The translations under genes and the position numbers were made by a program. A stretch of 64,000 nucleotides of DNA, filler included, from Sphacelaria rigidula (taxonomy: Eukaryota): NCBI GenBank assembly GCA_964200075.2. It is 6 parts of 6 records of this genome, joined end to end, with 100 filler letters (N's around TTAATTAATTAA, not from the genome) between each part and the next. Parts side by side here need not be neighbours in the genome. Positions count along the whole stretch, not along the records: positions 53,449 to 64,000 come from CAXNAA020006288.1; 5 more parts are not named here. One strand, given 5' to 3'. Under the pieces are notes generated by a model that did no database searches, was not told the DNA's origin, and was given only the letters and a program-made list of their open reading frames with translations. Below are positions 61,614 to 64,000 of this stretch, piece by piece. Positions within the stretch are counted from its first letter, which is position 1, and each line of letters starts with the position of its first letter.

Positions 61614-62975
61614 CTAATATAGCTTAGTTTTGTATTTTTGATATCCAGCATAATAATACTGTAGGGAGTAGCTTGTTGCTGTTGTCGTCATATTATAAAC
61701 CGTTCCGTTCTCTGCTCTCCGTTTCCACATCTTTCTCTTCTATGTACATGTTCGCTCATTCTGGTGTATGCCAGAGCAGTCTAGAGCCTCGCTGCCGCAG
61801 GGCTCATGAATGAGAGGTTTTATACCTAGAATAATGACGTCGTAGTAGTTGAGCCGCAATGTTTCCTCACAGATTTTGTTTTTCTACGGTTGGGTATGGC
61901 TGTGGTTTCTGCGCAAGACCTTTTCCACCGAAACCTGTGGCAAAGGCCGGCTCTCTCTTCCTCTTTTTTCCTATATATATATATATATATATATGTTTTT
62001 TTTCGATTTTTTTCTTCTCTTAGTCTACTCTGTCGATGTGTCCTACCTTTTCGGTGTTGTTTTGTTTTTTATATTTTTCTTCAGCAAGCATTTCAGTTTT
62101 GCTCTTGTCTCGGGCACGTCTATACCGTGTGGATGATGACCACCACGGCTGGATCGTGACTCCTGGGGGATTAGTGAAAGTGCGACCATCCATCAATCAA
62201 TCAGTTAATTGATAATTTTTTCATTTCAGGGTATGCGGTGTATATTGACTGCTAGAAATAATTTTGTTCGTGAAGTACCCGAGGTATTCTGGGCTTGTGT
62301 GCCTAGAAATAATTATGTTCGTGAGGTGTCCAGGGTGCACACTGCCGGGAGTACTGAGTATTCCAAGGTACCAAGGGTGTGTCGCGTAAGGTATTTATTT
62401 CGCTTGGGTATTTGAAAAAATCGTATCGTACGCACCCGAAATTTGAGTGAAGTATTGAAATTTTACTCAACAATGCCCACATATTGGATAGAGTGTGAAG
62501 ATCGGACCATCGCATCACAAAATTCGCGAGGGTAAATACCTGGGTACTTATCCTACCTAACACACCCTCGCAAGGTACGCTTGGTACCCCGCCCTCTAAA
62601 ATACCCGGTTTGTCTCTTGGGGTATCAGGTGCATGTACAGCGTATCACCGGGAACCCAGGGTACAGACTGTCAAAAATACTGCCTATTCCAGAGTTCACA
62701 GGGTACCGACACGTCAAAAGATCCGACTTTGTATCCTACCCTAACCTCATCACTTTAGGTATTTTTCATGTTTGTTTTTGTTCGTGATACTCGATGATTG
62801 CCGCGTTTCTCCCCCTTTCCCCCTTTCGTCTGTAATGCTTCGCTATTTGATGGTTGTGGAATATTAACCTGGAGGGGTATATAAGAAATGGTGCGTGCGT
62901 CTTTTTGTGTTCGCCCTGGGTCACATCACGCCATCTGTTTTTGTTTTTTCTCCCTTATTTTTTTTTTTCCAACAG

Positions 62976-63086
62976 GCGGGGCATGAATGGTTTACCGTTT
63001 ACCTTGACTCGAAGAAGTGCTACCACCTCCGTGAAGCGCTTTGCAAGGCGGTATACTCGGGGCTGTTCGACTGGCTTGTCAAGAAG
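62976..63086 (+). CDS. Myosin motor-domain exon
   Basis: Polypyrimidine-cag|AGHEWFTVYLDSKKCYHLREALCKAVYSGLFDWLVKK|gtgag, which matches the myosin RDALAKxxYxxLFDWLV helix. Confidence 0.85.
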
Positions 63087-63924
63087 GTGAGCAAGTGGCA
63101 CTCGGTAGGGCGGGGACACTCGTGACCCTGGGGGTGTGTATAGGTATGATTGAATAGTTGAAAAAAAATGATGTATGATAGATATCGAAACAGCAGCCGC
63201 CGCTCATGTTGTATTTCACCAGAAAACATTAGTCATGAGCTACAGAACCTGAAGATTAAAAGTACTTGTTATTGGTGTTTTGATCCGGATCATAAGCTAG
63301 CTCATTTGACCCCCTTTTTCCATGCTTGCCTCGCTCAACCCTTGACGCCGAGCATCCGGAGTAACGGAAAGGTACCACTCTTGACTTCTCGGACCCTGCT
63401 GTCACATTTTTTGTGTTTTAGACAAAAGATCTCGAGGGTCCTCTTTGATCAGTTCTTTTAGGTAGCTTGTGAGCTGTCCGACCTGCGAGACACAAGACAC
63501 CTTCTCTTTTTCGCTTCCAGTACACTACGTACTGACATTCTGTACTCACAAGTTACGTTTCCTGTACGAACACCACTGGAGCATGACTTCACCACTCCCC
63601 TCCTTTACGAGATTTACGATGATTTGGATAGCTGCTCTGGTTCGTTTCACTACTCCTGTACTGGAACTCGCATCCTAATGTACTCATGATCATGCATGCC
63701 TGACGTGTGCCTCGATAGCACTCCGCAGAAGAATGGCTGGCTTGAGGTAATACTTAAACGTTCACCTAAATGGCAAGAGTCGAGTACACCGTGCAGCTGG
63801 GAACTCCCACGGTCGAGATCACCATCGCAAATGTCGCCCATATGAGACGTTTCATGCGATCAGAAACCGGCGGTCGTGCGCTGTATGGCACTTGTCTTCG
63901 TAATGGCTTTGAGGCTAGTCCGTT

Positions 63925-64000
63925 GGGTGTACTCGTGATCATGCATGGACCATTGACCTCGCACCCCTACAGTGCCGGGCTGGAGCAGGCCGGGTTTTCG
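63925..64000 (-). mobile_element. Family S 3' end
   Basis: gggtgtactcgtgatcatgcatggaccattgacctcgcaccc; a shorter stub lies at about 63679-63700. Confidence 0.7.

Noticed and set aside
32488-63086. Functional cluster of RluA, SDR, CRTISO-like and myosin genes
   Set aside because: Only RluA and SDR share a contig (convergent, about 2.2 kb apart); the others are on unlinked contigs
395-63841. Most short ORFs in the supplied six-frame track
   Set aside because: They overlap repeats or introns, lack domain motifs, and many start at non-ATG codons; the real genes here are spliced

Overview
Eukaryotic, intron-rich, repeat-dense genomic DNA with GT-AG introns of about 0.4-3 kb. The gene style suggests a brown alga or other stramenopile, but that is an inference. 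The window is not one locus. It is six size-sorted contigs of about 10.6 kb (1-10591, 10692-21282, 21383-31972, 32073-42660, 42761-53348, 53449-64000), joined by artificial 100-nt N44-TTAATTAATTAA-N44 linkers. Genes reconstructed by hand-splicing: a multi-KH-domain RNA-binding protein (contig 2), the last exon of an RluA-family pseudouridine synthase and a convergent DHRS7-like SDR (contig 4), a CRTISO/CrtH-like FAD oxidoreductase (contig 5) and one myosin motor exon (contig 6). The rest is largely transposon-derived: a decayed RTE-type LINE, an internally deleted hAT element with TIRs and an 8-bp TSD, several MITE families and a tRNA-derived SINE. The most unusual signal is a pair of retroposon families that share a 3' end and terminate in oligo(C) rather than poly(A). 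They insert into C-runs with 13-bp TSDs and form stacked, chimeric and back-to-back insertions.
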